This document shows, piece by piece, positions 32,855 through 35,208 of a stretch of DNA of 35,208 nucleotides (positions are counted from its first letter, which is position 1; the number at the start of each line of letters is the position of its first letter). Below the pieces are notes generated by a model. It worked only from the letters and a program-made list of their open reading frames with translations. It searched no databases and was not told the origin of the DNA. Location: positions 1 to 35,208 of the forward strand of contig JBIOTN010000073.1 in NCBI GenBank assembly GCA_044866005.1, in the 5' to 3' direction. The translations under genes were made by a program, and so were the position numbers. This DNA comes from Candidatus Rokuibacteriota bacterium (GTDB lineage Bacteria > Methylomirabilota > Methylomirabilia > Rokubacteriales > DASRDR01).

Positions 32855-35164
32855 TCAGGGACCGCCGACCCGGCGCAGCCGGATCCGGTCCACGTACGCG
32901 TGCTGGACCCGCCCGGCTCCCCGGTGGTCCAGGACCTCGGTGAACCGGAGCACGAGGACGGGGTGCGCGAAGCTCGTCCGCACCCGCGCCACGTACTCCT
33001 CCCGGACCCACTCCCCCCGCCCGGCGCGGAGCGTCCACACCTGGATCGGGCGGTCGTCCAGCCACAGGGCCATCCGGGGCGCGAGGCCCGTGGTCGTGAA
33101 CCCTCCCGCCACGATCCGGATCTCGGTGGATCCGGGCCAGGTCACGACCCGCTCCGACACCTCTCCCTCCTGGGTCATGACCCACAGGATCGGCTGGTCC
33201 TGTTGCGAGCCGAATTCGAGGCCCGCCGAGTGACGCATCCCCTCGGCTTCGAGCGAGGAGGTCGGCACGAGAAACGCCGCGCCCAGCCAGAGCACGGCGA
33301 GGCTGGCCAGGACGGCCGCCGTCCGGCCGGGACCTTCGAGCACGGCCCCGCGTCCCCAGCCGGGCGGGGGCGGGGCCGAGCGCCGGGCGCACCGGATCGA
33401 CGCGAGCAGGAGCCCGAGCCCGCCGAGCCCCAGCGCGACCCACGTCCAGGGGGTCGGCGCTCGCAGCGAGGGCAGGAAGCGGCTGAGATCGAGCTCCAGC
33501 CAGGCCCCGGCCACCTGCACCAGGGTGGAGCGGCCATCCAGGTCGTTGTAGCGCCAGAAGGGGACCAGCGCGAGCAGGAAGGCCACGCCCACGCTCCACA
33601 CCAGCCACACCGTGTTGAGGGTGGCGAGCGCGCGGCCGCGGCAGCGATCGAACACCTCGGCCACGAACGGCGCGAGGAGTGGCGTCGCGCCGAGGATGAA
33701 CCGCGGCGGAGGCGTCCAGCCGGCGTCCCACTGCGCCCAGCGCACCTTGAGGAGCACCGCGAGGTACAGCACGACGCACACGAGCAGCCCGCGCACGGCT
33801 GCCGGCTGACGGCGGCGGAGGAGGAGGACGCCGGGGACGGCCAGGACCCAGTGCGGACCGTAGAAGAAGAGGCCGAACTCCTGGTCCACGAACAGGCCGA
33901 GGGCGGCGAACGGAATGTACGCATTGCCGTACAGGAGGGCGTCCTTGAGCGTGGGGAGCCGACGAAGATGGCGAAAGACGAGGGGGAAGGGGTTGCGCCA
34001 GGCCACCAGGGCGGCCCCCGCGAGCAGGCCTGCGGCGGCGGGCGCCGCGACGAGGAACCGGTGGGAGGCCAGCCGACCGATGGCCCAGCCCAGCAGGCCG
34101 ACGGCCAGCGGAGCGTAGCGCTCCTTGAGGAGCACCATGAACGCCGCGGCGCCCAGGACGATCGCGAACTCCCGCCACCGCCGGCCCCCCAGCCGGAGGA
34201 TCGCGCGCACCCCGATCACGGCGGCGAGCGCCCCAGGAATCTCCGGGTAGAGATGGGCGGAGTTGACGATGATCGGCGGCGTGAAGGCGAGGACGAGCCA
34301 GGCCCAGAAGGCGGCGGGTCTCGAGGCGCCCAGGTCGCGGCACAAGCGGTAGACCTGCACGCCGAGCAGCGCCGCGGCCAGCGCGATCGTCCAGGTGGCT
34401 CCCAGCCGGGCGCCGAGCGGGTAGCCCGGGACCAGCGCGCCGACGACGGCGTAGCCGGGCAGCAACAGCATCGGGAAGCCGACGTGCCGTTCGGTCCAGG
34501 TCGCGGGGCTCGGCCGGCCCCAGTAGAAGCGCGCGTAGTGTCGTTGCTCGACGTTGTTCGCGATCTCCAGGTCGCCGTCGACCAGGAGGCTGTGGGTGTT
34601 CAAGAGATACTTGTGCTCGTCGCCGGCCGTGGAGACCGCCGTCACGACGTACGGGGTCAGCAAGAGATACGGCAGGAGGGCGGCGAGGAAGAGCTGACGC
34701 CCGGTCGCCGGCGGGTCGCCATCCTCGGTGTCTCCCGCCGGCGAGAGGAAGAACCCGCGGTAGAGCGTGACGAGGAGCAGGAGAGCCTTCCCGAAGAGCA
34801 GCCCCAGGTAGAGGGCGGCGAGCGGAACCCGCCAGGCGCCCAGCCCCTTGCCCGCGATCATCAGGAGCGGGAACAGGACGAGGAGGCCGTAGCTCCATCC
34901 GTCCCATGCCAGGGCGGCGCCCGTGATCGCCGCCGCCCTCTCGCCGCGCCGGCTCCATCGCCAGAAGAGCCGGTGGACCAGGGTGAAGCCCAGATAGAGC
35001 GCGGGCAGCGCGAGGGCGAAAAACCACCGCCAGAGCCCGGGAAACGGGGCGTCGAGCGGACCACCGAGCGCGGGGAGCCCGAGGGCGGCCCACAGCAGGA
35101 AGACGAGCCAGCCCGTCGCACCCGCGGCGCCCGCCGCGGCGGGGAGCGACCACCCCCCGTTCAC
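32855..35164 (-). CDS. Large integral membrane protein, probable GT-C fold glycosyltransferase with a C-terminal beta-sandwich domain
   Basis: GDEHKYLLNTHSLLVDGDLEIANN acidic loop after a TM helix, HVGFPMLLLP, YPE, GLFVDQEFGLFFYGP, W.AGW.PPPRF, many TM helices, and a soluble tail (LEAE...MALWLDD). Confidence 0.62.
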   Translation of the reverse strand: MNGGWSLPAAAGAAGATGWLVFLLWAALGLPALGGPLDAPFPGLWRWFFALALPALYLGFTLVHRLFWRWSRRGERAAAITGAALAWDGWSYGLLVLFPLLMIAGKGLGAWRVPLAALYLGLLFGKALLLLVTLYRGFFLSPAGDTEDGDPPATGRQLFLAALLPYLLLTPYVVTAVSTAGDEHKYLLNTHSLLVDGDLEIANNVEQRHYARFYWGRPSPATWTERHVGFPMLLLPGYAVVGALVPGYPLGARLGATWTIALAAALLGVQVYRLCRDLGASRPAAFWAWLVLAFTPPIIVNSAHLYPEIPGALAAVIGVRAILRLGGRRWREFAIVLGAAAFMVLLKERYAPLAVGLLGWAIGRLASHRFLVAAPAAAGLLAGAALVAWRNPFPLVFRHLRRLPTLKDALLYGNAYIPFAALGLFVDQEFGLFFYGPHWVLAVPGVLLLRRRQPAAVRGLLVCVVLYLAVLLKVRWAQWDAGWTPPPRFILGATPLLAPFVAEVFDRCRGRALATLNTVWLVWSVGVAFLLALVPFWRYNDLDGRSTLVQVAGAWLELDLSRFLPSLRAPTPWTWVALGLGGLGLLLASIRCARRSAPPPPGWGRGAVLEGPGRTAAVLASLAVLWLGAAFLVPTSSLEAEGMRHSAGLEFGSQQDQPILWVMTQEGEVSERVVTWPGSTEIRIVAGGFTTTGLAPRMALWLDDRPIQVWTLRAGRGEWVREEYVARVRTSFAHPVLVLRFTEVLDHRGAGRVQHAYVDRIRLRRVGGP

Positions 35165-35208
35165 GCGCGGGGTCGCCGCCCCGGCCCCGTCGTCCGGCGC
35201 GCCCGGCC

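Noticed and set aside
35161..35208. 3' end of an upstream gene whose TGA would overlap GTG 35164
   Set aside because: Plausible given the GTGA overlaps elsewhere, but about 15 low-complexity codons are not enough to call a CDS.

Overview
Very GC-rich bacterial DNA (roughly 70% by eye). The taxon cannot be determined from the sequence; a Rokubacteria/Methylomirabilota-like origin is only a guess. Almost all real genes are on the minus strand, and most long plus-strand ORFs in the track are antisense shadows. From about 35,164 down to 5,403 runs a co-directional, often translationally coupled surface-glycan cluster. It encodes two GT-C-like membrane proteins, a MarR/EPS-type winged-helix regulator and five sulfotransferase-family genes (three in tandem, one with degenerate PAPS-binding motifs). 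It also encodes a bifunctional Sat-CysC PAPS synthase, seven GT4 glycosyltransferases (one fused to a Wzx-like flippase, two forming a 360-aa tandem duplicate), a GMC plus Gfo/Idh/MocA oxidoreductase pair, a WecA/MraY-family transferase fused to a CapD-N-like Rossmann domain, a UDP-HexNAc 6-dehydrogenase, two SDR epimerase-type enzymes and a UbiA-family polyprenyl-phosphate phosphoribosyltransferase. The best candidate for a new system is a pathway for a sulfated, uronic-acid-containing (glycosaminoglycan-like) cell-surface glycan; no Wzy/Wzz/Wza genes are recognisable in the window. The left end carries a YdcF/DUF218 gene (+), a two-gene unit (small secreted protein plus an M6 metalloprotease with four CARDB repeats, whose AUG lies in a hairpin), and a DUF362-like gene missed by the ORF track. 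Non-coding signals include several sigma70-like promoters, two with palindromes over the -10 box, and a REP-like two-hairpin repeat family. No rRNA, tRNA, CRISPR array or transposase was seen.
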